A stretch of 64,000 nucleotides of DNA from the NCBI GenBank assembly GCA_964538065.1, contig CAZIDG010000001.1, positions 9,998 through 73,997 on the forward strand. Reading direction: 5' to 3'. A model generated the notes under the pieces. It did not search any database. It had not been told where the DNA came from and saw only the letters and a program-made list of their open reading frames with translations. This stretch comes from an uncultured Verrucomicrobiota bacterium. GTDB taxonomy: Bacteria > Verrucomicrobiota > Verrucomicrobiia > Limisphaerales > UBA1319. This document shows, one piece after another, positions 49,425 to 58,358 of the stretch. The first letter of the stretch is position 1. Every line of letters starts with the position of its first letter. A program made the position numbers and the translations under genes.

Positions 49425-49949
49425 GGTACCACCGGTGTTCATGACCTTGAGCACCAGCACGGCCACGACGATGATGCCCAGGACAATGCCGCCGATCATG
49501 AAATAAAGGTTGACCTTGTTGCTCTTCTTCTTGAAGGCACTGTCGGTGACCTTGCCCTTGGCAGAGCTTCCGATTTCCAGTTCGTTCAACTTGATGCCGG
49601 TGGTGACGGCTTCAACTTTCTTCTTGGTTGGAGCAGCGGCGGCTGCAGTAGGCATGGCACCGGTACCATCATCCAGACGAAGCTCCACCTGACCCAGGCG
49701 CAAGACCTGCCCATATTTCAGAACTGCTTCGGTAACCTTGTCACCATCGATATAAGTGCCGTTGGTGGAATCGAGATCTTTGATGACGACATCTTTACCG
49801 CGAAGGAAGATTTCGCAATGATGGCTCGAGACGGAAGGCTCGGGAATCTGAAAGGCATTATCCTCCACGCGGCCGATGGTGACTTTGTCCATCTTTAGCT
49901 CGCAGGAGCGCCCCGTAAAACCTTCGCTGAGCACAACAAGCTTGGGCAT
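49419..49949 (-). CDS. FHA-domain protein with a C-terminal transmembrane anchor
   Basis: VTIGRVEDNAFQIPEPSVSSHHCEIFLRGKDVVIKDLDSTNGTYIDG is a canonical FHA core. The C-terminal TM segment is LYFMIGGIVLGIIVVAVLVL. Confidence 0.8.
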   Translation of the reverse strand: MPKLVVLSEGFTGRSCELKMDKVTIGRVEDNAFQIPEPSVSSHHCEIFLRGKDVVIKDLDSTNGTYIDGDKVTEAVLKYGQVLRLGQVELRLDDGTGAMPTAAAAAPTKKKVEAVTTGIKLNELEIGSSAKGKVTDSAFKKKSNKVNLYFMIGGIVLGIIVVAVLVLKVMNTGGTN

Positions 49950-50126
49950 ATTCTGGTTCAGTTGATTGAATTATCTTCAGACCCAATTCCAAGTCAAACG
50001 GTTTTATAGAGTTTTTTAAACCTGGGTATATGGTACTCGAGTATTTCCGCCCCTACTGCGAGTTCACGGCACCCCGGCATGCTGGTCGACATGAGGGGGT
50101 TGGTCTGTACTTTTGACAGGTCGGGC

Positions 50127-51287
50127 TCATGAGTGTTTTTCGATCATTTGACGAAATTCGTCAAACAATGGCGTCGAATCATGAGGTCCCGGTGAGGCTT
50201 CCGGATGGTATTGGACACAAAATACGGGTTTGGTGCGATGACGCATCCCTTCCACGGTTTGATCATTCAGGTTAATGCGGTCCACCACGACATCGTTTGG
50301 CAGCGACTTGGGATCGACTGCAAAACCATGGTTTTGAGAGGTGATTTCCACGCGTCCCGAGACCAGATCCTTTACAGGCTGGTTGCCGCCCCGGTGACCG
50401 AACTTCAGCTTGAATGTCTTACCACCAAAAGCCTGACCTAAGATCTGATGTCCCAAGCAGATACCAAAGATGGGAACCCCCGATTTGAGTAGATCGCTGA
50501 TGGCCTGGACCGCATAGGGCAGGGCCGAGGGATCGCCGGGTCCATTCGAAAGGAATACCCCTGCAGGTTTGTATTTAAGTGCCTCAGAAGCAGGTGTCGT
50601 GGCAGGAACCACCTGAACACGGAATCCTTTTTGGCGTAACCGCCTTAATATGTTGTATTTAACTCCAAAATCGTAGGCTACAATCGGGATATCCGCCTTG
50701 GGCAGTGGCACACGCAAGGTGTCGGCGTTGACCTCTTCATTACCCAAGGGGAGCTTGAAGTCGTGGCTTTCTTTGTCCTTGGAATCCCAGTCAAAGGCGT
50801 TTTTATGAGTCACTTCCTTGACATAATCCACTCCCACCAGGCCTTTCCAACTTCTTGCCTTTTCAATGGCGTCCTGATCGGAAATGTCATCGGTGGATAT
50901 GAAGCCCTTCATGGCTCCCAGCACGCGCAGCTTCTTGGTAAGTGCGCGCGTATCAATGCCTTGAATGCCTGGGATGTGATTTTGCACAAGATATTCATCC
51001 AGAGACATTTGTGCACGCCAGTTGCTGACGATGGGGGATAATTCGCGGACCACAAAACCGCCGACATGAGGCTTCCACGATTCCACATCGGCGGGATTGA
51101 CTCCGTAATTGCCAATGAGGGGGTAGGTCATCGTCACGATCTGTCCTTTGTAGGACGGATCCGTGAGGATTTCCTGATAACCGGTCATGGAAGTATTAAA
51201 GCAGACTTCGCCGCACGCCGTTGCGCGTGCGCCAAAACCCTGCCCGTGGAACACAGTGCCGTCTTCGAGTGCCAGAATGGCTTTCAT
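50127..51287 (-). CDS. carA: carbamoyl-phosphate synthase small (glutaminase) subunit
   Basis: [61 protein letters not shown]. Confidence 0.95.
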   Translation of the reverse strand: MKAILALEDGTVFHGQGFGARATACGEVCFNTSMTGYQEILTDPSYKGQIVTMTYPLIGNYGVNPADVESWKPHVGGFVVRELSPIVSNWRAQMSLDEYLVQNHIPGIQGIDTRALTKKLRVLGAMKGFISTDDISDQDAIEKARSWKGLVGVDYVKEVTHKNAFDWDSKDKESHDFKLPLGNEEVNADTLRVPLPKADIPIVAYDFGVKYNILRRLRQKGFRVQVVPATTPASEALKYKPAGVFLSNGPGDPSALPYAVQAISDLLKSGVPIFGICLGHQILGQAFGGKTFKLKFGHRGGNQPVKDLVSGRVEITSQNHGFAVDPKSLPNDVVVDRINLNDQTVEGMRHRTKPVFCVQYHPEASPGPHDSTPLFDEFRQMIEKHS

Positions 51288-51421
51288 TTCGATCTCTGGG
51301 CGAGGGATGCTAGGGGAGCCTCCCGCGCGGTCAAGTCATTAACGCGGAAATATACATGAAATCGAATTCAAGTGCGTAAGGAAAAAGGAGTTATTTTTAT
51401 AAATCACGTTTCGTAAAGCGC

Positions 51422-51451
51422 TTGCAATATGAAAGAAAAGAAGGGTAAATA
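51422..51451 (+). promoter_or_regulatory. putative sigma70-type promoter of LamG paralogue 1
   Basis: TTGCAA (51422-51427), an 18-nt spacer, then TAAATA (51446-51451). A homologous arrangement sits upstream of paralogue 2. Confidence 0.35.
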
Positions 51452-51516
51452 GACGCGTTCACACGAGTCATGGATGGATGGGGATGGATGTTGGATGCAT
51501 CTTTTCATTCCTCCTT

Positions 51517-51607
51517 GGAGACTTGTGTGGGCGGTGAAGGTGTTGGGCCTACCTATGATTCCCGCTCAACCACCTCGCCCTCGTATGTATGGGCCGGATC
51601 TTTGCCC
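51517..51607 (+). promoter_or_regulatory. conserved block in the 5' leader of LamG paralogue 1
   Basis: ggagacttgtgtgg ... gggcct.cc.a.tgat.cccgctc.accacctcg..ctc.t..g.atgggccg.at..ttgccc is shared with 53586-53677. The open frames through the block differ between copies, so it is not coding. Confidence 0.4.
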
Positions 51608-51679
51608 GTAGTATGGGCCGAGATATTGGGTTCATACTTCAGGGTTATGGATTTGTGCGGGAGTTGGATACTAGATCGT

Positions 51680-53320
51680 ATGCCTGAACATGTTCGTTCC
51701 GAGCGCAATATTCGGCGCTCTCTCACCAACTGCCTCTGTTTGAGTGCTTTGTTGGCCGGTAGTTACATCGGGGTCTCGACCGTTTCAGCCCAAACTGTCG
51801 TGGCCGACTTCCAGTTCAATGAGGGAAAGGGATCTGTCACCCGCAGTGCCACGAATAATCTGGCGGGCACTCTGGGTTTGACCGTTGATACGGCATTATT
51901 GCCCGTGTCCTCAACTGATTCCCCCTCTGGTAATGCAAACGACAAGAGCCTTCTGCTCAGCGGCGATTCTGCACCCTTGGTGGATGATTCCAATGCACCC
52001 GTGCTGAATCTGCTTACCCAGGCGATGACCATTGAAGTTTGGGCCAAGCGCGACGGAACGGATGATCGTGCGATCGTGGGCCTTGCTTCCTATGGCGCCT
52101 CCTACAAATTGGGCATCATGACGGGTGGTGAATTGGTTTTCACGCTCTTTGGCGTTGTTGACGTCATGAGCGGCCAATACCTGTATCCTGATGAATGGCA
52201 TCATTTGGCTGCCGCGTGGGAGCCCGGCGTTGGGGTGACCTTCTATGTTGATGGAAATGCCACCTTTGTGGAGGCCACCAATTCAATGCGCGCGTTTTGG
52301 CACAATCGGTTTTCGATTGGGGCTGAGGGTGAGGACAATGCCTTCAAAGGCAACCTCGATCGTATGCGCGTGCACAAGGCGCTGTTGACCCCTGAGGAAC
52401 TGGACAGTGTTGCTGGCACCCCCAAGGCGCCGCTGGCCAGCACGGTTGTGGCCTACAACTTCAACGAATCCGCCATGCCGTTCCATAGTGCGGTGACGCC
52501 GGACCGTCCCACATACACGACCTCGTCGGAATACAAAGCCGCCTTGGTCGCCCCCACCTGGGTGAAGGATTCTCCAACCGGCGGTGATAGCGATTACTGC
52601 CTTGAATTCAATGGTGCTGCCGCACAACGAGTTGTGGTGGACGATCCCAACATGGCATTAAACTTTGACCCGGGCAGTTTTACGATTGAGGCCTGGGTGA
52701 AGTATGGCGCCCTGACTGGAGATCGGTCGGTCCTGTTCGGTAATAATGGGCCTGGTGGTGCCGTCTCCTTCTCGGTGACCGCACAGCGCAAGTTGTTTGC
52801 CACGGCCTATGCCATCGCCGACGTACCTTCGAATGCCTCGATTCCTGATGATGGCCAGTGGCATCATGTGGCGGTTGTGCATGAAAACGGCAAGGAACTG
52901 CGTTTCTATGTGGATGGTGTTCTGGGCGATACCGTTCCATTCACCTCTGGTGTCAAGCTCAACGATCCTGACCACATGCAGACCAGTTTCTACATTGGCA
53001 GCGAAAACTATGGCTGGACCCCCTACACGGGTCGCATGGATCGCGTGCGCGTGACCAAAGGTGTGGTGGCTGCGGACAAGTTGGACTTCCGGGCCATTCC
53101 TGGAGTGGATCCTTCGGCGCCGGAATTGAGCATTCGCACGATGGTGGAAATCTCCTGGGCGACCTTGCCTGCGGGGTATAAACTGCAAGCCACGGCCAAC
53201 CCTGCCGATCCCACCTCCTGGGCCTTTGCCACGAATACTCCCTACCTTTCGGAGGGATTGTATAAGTACTATGTGCCCACGACGGCCAGCAAGATGTTCT
53301 ATCGGCTCGTGAAGCCGTAA
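51680..53320 (+). CDS. secreted tandem-LamG (concanavalin A-like lectin) protein, paralogue 1
   Basis: ATG 51680 gives MPEHVRSERNIRRSLTNCLCLSALLAGSYIGVSTVSAQ. There are two LamG-like halves (..WHHLAAAWEPGVGVTFYVDG.., ..WHHVAVVHENGKELRFYVDG..; G.LDRMRV, GRMDRVRV). It ends KMFYRLVKP. Confidence 0.8.
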   Translation: MPEHVRSERNIRRSLTNCLCLSALLAGSYIGVSTVSAQTVVADFQFNEGKGSVTRSATNNLAGTLGLTVDTALLPVSSTDSPSGNANDKSLLLSGDSAPLVDDSNAPVLNLLTQAMTIEVWAKRDGTDDRAIVGLASYGASYKLGIMTGGELVFTLFGVVDVMSGQYLYPDEWHHLAAAWEPGVGVTFYVDGNATFVEATNSMRAFWHNRFSIGAEGEDNAFKGNLDRMRVHKALLTPEELDSVAGTPKAPLASTVVAYNFNESAMPFHSAVTPDRPTYTTSSEYKAALVAPTWVKDSPTGGDSDYCLEFNGAAAQRVVVDDPNMALNFDPGSFTIEAWVKYGALTGDRSVLFGNNGPGGAVSFSVTAQRKLFATAYAIADVPSNASIPDDGQWHHVAVVHENGKELRFYVDGVLGDTVPFTSGVKLNDPDHMQTSFYIGSENYGWTPYTGRMDRVRVTKGVVAADKLDFRAIPGVDPSAPELSIRTMVEISWATLPAGYKLQATANPADPTSWAFATNTPYLSEGLYKYYVPTTASKMFYRLVKP

Positions 53321-53361
53321 GACGCTTCCCCTTGGTCGTCCCGGTTGGGATGACACGATTC

Positions 53362-53404
53362 AAGCCCGCCTTGTGTGATGCATGAGGCGGGCTTTTCTGT
53401 TTTG
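53362..53404 (+). terminator. rho-independent terminator after LamG paralogue 1
   Basis: aagcccgcc (53362-53370) pairs with ggcgggctt (53387-53395), followed by ttctgtttt. Confidence 0.7.
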
Positions 53405-53476
53405 CGTCTGATCTTGTTCATTCAGGAACCACCTTCGGCTGTTGCAGTTTTACATGTCGCTCTCTGGTAAATATGC

Positions 53477-53505
53477 TTGCATTGACTGCAAAGGCTGGTT
53501 ACATA
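53477..53505 (+). promoter_or_regulatory. putative sigma70-type promoter of LamG paralogue 2
   Basis: TTGCAT (53477-53482), a 17-nt spacer, then TACATA (53500-53505). Confidence 0.35.
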
Positions 53506-53585
53506 GGGAACATCTACAGCAGTCCCGGGTAAGTGTGTTGCGATGACACCCTCAATGGGCTTAAAATGCAGCATTTATTCAGAGG

Positions 53586-53677
53586 GGAGACTTGTGTGGA
53601 TGACGATGGTGACGGGCCTGCCAAGTGATCCCCGCTCGACCACCTCGTTCTCATGAGCATGGGCCGAATGATTGCCC
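53586..53677 (+). promoter_or_regulatory. conserved block in the 5' leader of LamG paralogue 2
   Basis: Homologous to 51517-51607 (see that feature). Confidence 0.4.
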
Positions 53678-53724
53678 AAAAAGAATGGGCTGTTGATTCG
53701 CGCGGGGATTGGAGACAAGTACAT

Positions 53725-55356
53725 ATGCCTGAACATGTTAGTTCCGAGCGCAACCATCGCCGCTCCCTTACGCACGGCCTCTGTCTGAGTCTGCTCTTGG
53801 CCGGTAGTTACGTTGGTGTTTCGACCGCATCAGCCCAAACCGTCGTAGCTGATTTCCAGTTCAACGAAGGAACAGGTTCGGTAACTCGCAGTGCCACCAA
53901 TAATTTGACTGGTACTCTTGGGGCGGTAGTCGATCCTGCGACCTTCCCTGTTTCCTCCACTGATTCACCGTCGGGCAGCGCTACTGACAAGAGTCTTCTC
54001 TTGAGTGGTGACTCTGCTTATGCCGTGGATGACTCGTCCTCTCCCATTCTCAACGTGAGCACGCAGGCATTGACCATGGAGGTCTGGACGAAACGCGATT
54101 CCTCGGATTCCCGTAGCTGGGTGGGTCTTGCTTCCTATGGAAGCGCCTACAAATTGGGTTTTGCGGAAGGGGGACAGATCGTGTTCACCCTCTTCGGGGT
54201 TGTGGATATTCTTGGTGGAATATATCCGACGCCTGATGAATGGCATCACGTGGCGGCGGCTTGGGAACCTGGCGTGGGTGTGACCTTCTACCTGGATGGC
54301 GCTCCCAACTTTGTGGCCGATACCAACACAATGCGTGCTTTCTCTCACAACCGGTTTTATGTCGGTGCAGAGGATGGCGGCCAACCCTTTAAGGGCAGCA
54401 TTGATCGGTTGCGCGTGCATAAGGCACTGTTGACCGCTGATGAATTGGATACTGTGGCGGCCACGCCCAAGGCTGCTTTGGCCAGTACGCTTGTGGCATA
54501 CAACTTCAATGAGTCCGCGGCCCCCTATCATAGTGCGGTGACCCCTGATCGTCCCACATACACCACAACATCACAGTTGGCTGCTGAGCAGTTGTCTCCT
54601 GCCTGGGTGAAAGATTCACCTACGGGCGGTGATACTGATTACTGTCTCGATTTCAACAAAACAACGGCGCCTCGCGTCATTGTTCCTGATCCTGACATGG
54701 CGATCAACTTTGATCCGGGCAGCTTCACCATGGAAGCGTGGGTGAAGTTTGCCACGGTCGGCGCTCGGTCGGTGTTGTTCTTCAACAACGGGCCTGGTGG
54801 CGCTGTCAGCTTCTCGATCTCGCCTCAGCGCCAGGTGTTCGTGACCACGCTGGGCATTGTGGATATGCCCTCCAATGCGGTCATTCCTGACGACGGTGGC
54901 TGGCATCATATAGCCGTGGTGCATGAAAGCGGCAAGGAACTGCGCTTTTACGTCGATGGCATTTTGGGTGACACCATTGCTTACACGAGCAACGTCCTGT
55001 TGAACACCCGCACGGACACAACCTTCTACGTCGGCTGCGAGCCTTGGGGCACCCTGCCGTTCGCAGGCCGGATGGATCGTCTGCGCATTACCAAGGGAGT
55101 GGTTGCGGCCGACAAGCTGGACTTCCGGCCCATTCCGGGCGTGGATCCCTCGGCTCCCGAGTTAAGCATCCGCACAGTCGCGGAGATCTCCTGGCCGACC
55201 CTTCCTGCCGGCTACAAGCTGCAGTCCACGGCCAACCCGGCTGATCCTTCTTCCTGGGCATTCACGACAAACACACTGTACACCTCAGAAGGAACGTACA
55301 GGTGCTTCGTGCCCACCTCGGCTGCGAAGATGTTCTATCGTCTGATCAAGCCTTGA
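53725..55356 (+). CDS. secreted tandem-LamG protein, paralogue 2
   Basis: ATG 53725 gives MPEHVSSERNHRRSLTHGLCLSLLLAGSYVGVSTASAQ. It is collinear with paralogue 1 along its whole length and ends KMFYRLIKP. Confidence 0.8.
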   Translation: MPEHVSSERNHRRSLTHGLCLSLLLAGSYVGVSTASAQTVVADFQFNEGTGSVTRSATNNLTGTLGAVVDPATFPVSSTDSPSGSATDKSLLLSGDSAYAVDDSSSPILNVSTQALTMEVWTKRDSSDSRSWVGLASYGSAYKLGFAEGGQIVFTLFGVVDILGGIYPTPDEWHHVAAAWEPGVGVTFYLDGAPNFVADTNTMRAFSHNRFYVGAEDGGQPFKGSIDRLRVHKALLTADELDTVAATPKAALASTLVAYNFNESAAPYHSAVTPDRPTYTTTSQLAAEQLSPAWVKDSPTGGDTDYCLDFNKTTAPRVIVPDPDMAINFDPGSFTMEAWVKFATVGARSVLFFNNGPGGAVSFSISPQRQVFVTTLGIVDMPSNAVIPDDGGWHHIAVVHESGKELRFYVDGILGDTIAYTSNVLLNTRTDTTFYVGCEPWGTLPFAGRMDRLRITKGVVAADKLDFRPIPGVDPSAPELSIRTVAEISWPTLPAGYKLQSTANPADPSSWAFTTNTLYTSEGTYRCFVPTSAAKMFYRLIKP

Positions 55357-55395
55357 GGCAGTTGAATTAAGATCTCAATTGAGATCGTGGTTTTC

Positions 55396-55434
55396 GAGCC
55401 CGCTTCGCTCCATGAGTGAGGCGGGCTTTTTTCT
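55396..55434 (+). terminator. rho-independent terminator after LamG paralogue 2
   Basis: gagcccgc (55396-55403) pairs with gcgggctt (55421-55428), with the T-run ttttttctt extending to 55434. It is homologous to the 53362 terminator. Confidence 0.7.
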
Positions 55435-55526
55435 TCAATTCATGGCCTGTTCCCGTGCAAGGAACGGACGTTGTTATCCTGGATTCAGGTGTTGACCAGC
55501 GGGATGGAATGTAGAATGCTCACTGC

Positions 55527-57041
55527 ATGTTCCAACGCACTATTGCCACATCAATAATTGGCATTTTTTTGGGCTTGGCAGCCATGGAGTCGGCGCGCGC
55601 CGATGTGCGGCTGTCCAATCTGTTCACCGATCACATGGTTCTCCAGCGCGGGATCAAAATTCCTGTCTGGGGCTGGGCCGATGAAGGTGAAACGGTGACG
55701 GTCGAGTTTCGCGGACAAAAGGCGGTTGCGACCACCGTCAATTGCAAATGGATGGTCCGGCTGCCTTCACAGAAGGCAGGGGGACCTGACGCGATGAAGG
55801 TGACAGGCAAGAACAGCCTTGTCATTCGCGATGTACTGGTGGGGGAGGTGTGGATTTGCAGCGGACAATCGAATATGGAATTTCCGCTCAGCGCGTCCTT
55901 CGCGTCCAAGACCGCGATAGACACCGCTGCCAATCCGAACATCCGGCTGTTCACCGTGCCCAAGCTCAAGGCGGAATTTCCCGTGAGTAACGTGGCGGCC
56001 CAGTGGCAGGAGTGTACTCCGTCCACGGTAAGGGACTTTTCGGCGGTGGGTTACTTTTTCGGACGTGATTTGCAGAAGGCCCTGAATGTGCCGGTGGGGC
56101 TGATCCATACCAGTTGGGGCGGGTCCCCAGCCGAGGTGTGGATGAGCCAGGATGTATTGGCCGCGAATCCTGCTTATCAGCGTGATATCCTGGATCCGTA
56201 CCCCGACCAGTTGAAGTGGTATCAAAACGAGGTTGCCAAATGGGAGAAGGAAACCGCCGACCTGGCCAAGGAAGGCAAGCAACCTGCCCGTGGACGGCCC
56301 TGGCCTGCCTGGAAGCCCACGGAACTGTATAATGGCATGATCGCTCCGTTGCTGCCCTACGCCATCAAAGGGGCCATCTGGTACCAGGGCGAATCGAATG
56401 CGGGCCGCGCCTGGCAATATCGGACTCTTTTTGCAGACATGATTCGCAACTGGCGCCGGGATTGGAATCAGGGGGACTTCACCTTCCTGGCAGTGCAACT
56501 TGCACCGTTCATGAAGGTCCAACCCGAGCCTCAGGAAAGCGCCTGGGCGGAATTGCGCGAGGCGCAGTTGCTCACCACTCAGGCACTGCCCAAATATGGC
56601 ATGGCGGTCATTACAGATGTGGGTGATCCCATTGACATTCATCCCACCAAGAAGGAACCGGTTGGCGGGCGTTTGGCGCTGGCAGCCCGTGGCATTGCCT
56701 ATGGAGAGAAGATCGAATACGCCGGCCCTGTATATAAGAACATGAAGGTCGATGGGAACACGATTGTTCTTAGCTTTGACCACGCCAAAGCCGGTCTGGA
56801 AGCGCGAGGAGGCGAGCTTACGGGGTTTGCCATCGCCGGGAGCGACCACAAATTTGTGTGGGCGAAGGCTGCAATCAAGGGGAACAAGGTGGTGGTCAGC
56901 AGCCCATTGGTGGCACAGCCCGTGGCCGTTCGCTATGGCTGGGCAGATTGTCCTGTGGTCAACCTGTGGAACAAGGATGGCCTGCCGGCCACACCGTTCC
57001 GCACGGATGATTTTCCGATGACCACAAAACCGAAGCAATAG
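55527..57041 (+). CDS. sialate O-acetylesterase-like SGNH hydrolase
   Basis: Signal peptide. LSNLFTDHMVLQR, GEVWICSGQSNME, GLIHTSWGGSPAEVW and GAIWYQGESNA are as in 9-O-acetylesterases. Confidence 0.8.
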   Translation: MFQRTIATSIIGIFLGLAAMESARADVRLSNLFTDHMVLQRGIKIPVWGWADEGETVTVEFRGQKAVATTVNCKWMVRLPSQKAGGPDAMKVTGKNSLVIRDVLVGEVWICSGQSNMEFPLSASFASKTAIDTAANPNIRLFTVPKLKAEFPVSNVAAQWQECTPSTVRDFSAVGYFFGRDLQKALNVPVGLIHTSWGGSPAEVWMSQDVLAANPAYQRDILDPYPDQLKWYQNEVAKWEKETADLAKEGKQPARGRPWPAWKPTELYNGMIAPLLPYAIKGAIWYQGESNAGRAWQYRTLFADMIRNWRRDWNQGDFTFLAVQLAPFMKVQPEPQESAWAELREAQLLTTQALPKYGMAVITDVGDPIDIHPTKKEPVGGRLALAARGIAYGEKIEYAGPVYKNMKVDGNTIVLSFDHAKAGLEARGGELTGFAIAGSDHKFVWAKAAIKGNKVVVSSPLVAQPVAVRYGWADCPVVNLWNKDGLPATPFRTDDFPMTTKPKQ

Positions 57042-57051
57042 GATTCGGGTT

Positions 57052-58107
57052 GTGATCAACAATGCCGTAACATTCTTGCGTGCCATCGGCCTGACTTTGG
57101 GAATGGGCTGGCTGGCATTGGTGGCTTTTGCCGATGGCGCGCAGGATAATCTCAAAGCGACCGGACTCGTGAAAAATGAGTTTATTTTTGAGCAGGCACC
57201 ATTTCCCAGTTGCCATGCCTCGACGATTGTTGAGACATCGCGGGGACTTCTGGCGGCATGGTTCGGGGGGACCCGAGAGGGACACAAGGATGTCTGTATC
57301 TGGCTATCCGCGCTGGAAGGGGGGCGGTGGACAGTGCCGGTGCAGGTGGCAGACGGCATGCAGACCGGGGGCAAGGAACGTTTCCCTTGCTGGAATCCCG
57401 TATTATTCCGGCCGAAAGATGGGCTTTTGATGCTCTTTTACAAGGTGGGACCCAATCCGGACGACTGGTGGGGCATGCTCAAGACTTCGAGTGATGAGGG
57501 ACGAACCTGGTCGGATCCCAAGCGGTTGCCTGAAGGGCAATTGGGTCCTGTTCGCAACAAGCCAGTATTATGGAAGGATGGGACCATTGTCTGCGGCTCG
57601 AGTACCGAGAAACACGGCTGGGTGGTTCATCTGGAACGCACGGGCGACTTCGGGCTTTCCTGGGAACGCTCGGGTCCCTTGCATAAAAAGGAATTTGGGG
57701 CCATTCAACCCACCATTCTCCAATGGCCCAACGGCCGGATTCAACTTCTCAACCGGACACAGCAGGGGGTGATTTCGGAATGCTGGTCCGAGGGCGACTG
57801 GCAGCAATGGTCGCCCATGAAAGCCACCTCGCTGCCCAATCCCAATAGTGGCATCGATGCTGTCATGCTCAAGGATGGCCGCGCCCTCTTGGTGTATAAT
57901 CACACCTCCAAGGGACGCTCACCATTGAATGTCGCGATCTCCGATGATGGCAAGGAGTGGCGTGGAGCCTGTGTTTTGGAGAATACCCCGGGGGAGTATT
58001 CCTATCCGGCGATCATTCAGGCGGGGGACGGGTTGGTACACGTCACCTACACATGGAAGCGGCAACGCATCAAGCACGTGGTGTTGAAGCCTTCCGAATT
58101 CCGGTAA
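57052..58107 (+). CDS. BNR-repeat exo-alpha-sialidase-like protein
   Basis: FPSCHASTIVET..WFGGTREG. Asp-box motifs are SSDEGRTWS and ISDDGKEW. GTG start at 57052. Confidence 0.7.
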   Translation: MINNAVTFLRAIGLTLGMGWLALVAFADGAQDNLKATGLVKNEFIFEQAPFPSCHASTIVETSRGLLAAWFGGTREGHKDVCIWLSALEGGRWTVPVQVADGMQTGGKERFPCWNPVLFRPKDGLLMLFYKVGPNPDDWWGMLKTSSDEGRTWSDPKRLPEGQLGPVRNKPVLWKDGTIVCGSSTEKHGWVVHLERTGDFGLSWERSGPLHKKEFGAIQPTILQWPNGRIQLLNRTQQGVISECWSEGDWQQWSPMKATSLPNPNSGIDAVMLKDGRALLVYNHTSKGRSPLNVAISDDGKEWRGACVLENTPGEYSYPAIIQAGDGLVHVTYTWKRQRIKHVVLKPSEFR

Positions 58108-58358
58108 TTCGAACGGAGTGTCGCTGGCCTGGCACTGGCGCCTGTGCATCCGCATTCTTGAGCCAGACGGCCAGGTGCGCACTTGCTTCATGCCATTTCT
58201 CGGGTTACGTCGATGTTCATTGAGGCTGTATCCAATACGGCCGTCCACCCTTTGATCCCCACGGGAGGCATTCCAAGGTTGCTCAATGGTTTGGCTTGAC
58301 GCTGCAAAGGTGAACGCGTAAGCAAAACAATCATTAATCATTCACACTAACGAGCGCG

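Noticed and set aside
51470-51679. Upstream extension of LamG paralogue 1 offered by the ORF track (start 51470); likewise 53653-53724 for paralogue 2
   Set aside because: The two paralogues first become collinear at MPEHV. The aligned upstream bases are read in different frames in the two copies, and the extension lacks a signal peptide. I therefore prefer starts at 51680 and 53725.
55371-55386. Perfect 16-nt palindrome gatctcaattgagatc between the LamG-2 stop and its terminator
   Set aside because: It is short and AT-rich and sits in a 3' untranslated spacer. It is absent from the homologous position after paralogue 1. It is most likely fortuitous or a minor extra hairpin.
55767-57374. 535-aa minus-strand ORF; also 59845-60849, 45385-46500, 28339-29100, 27683-28420, 2606-3565 and 40635-41324
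   Set aside because: All are antisense to genes with clear family signatures and have Arg/Pro/Gly-rich shadow composition. I treat them as non-coding.
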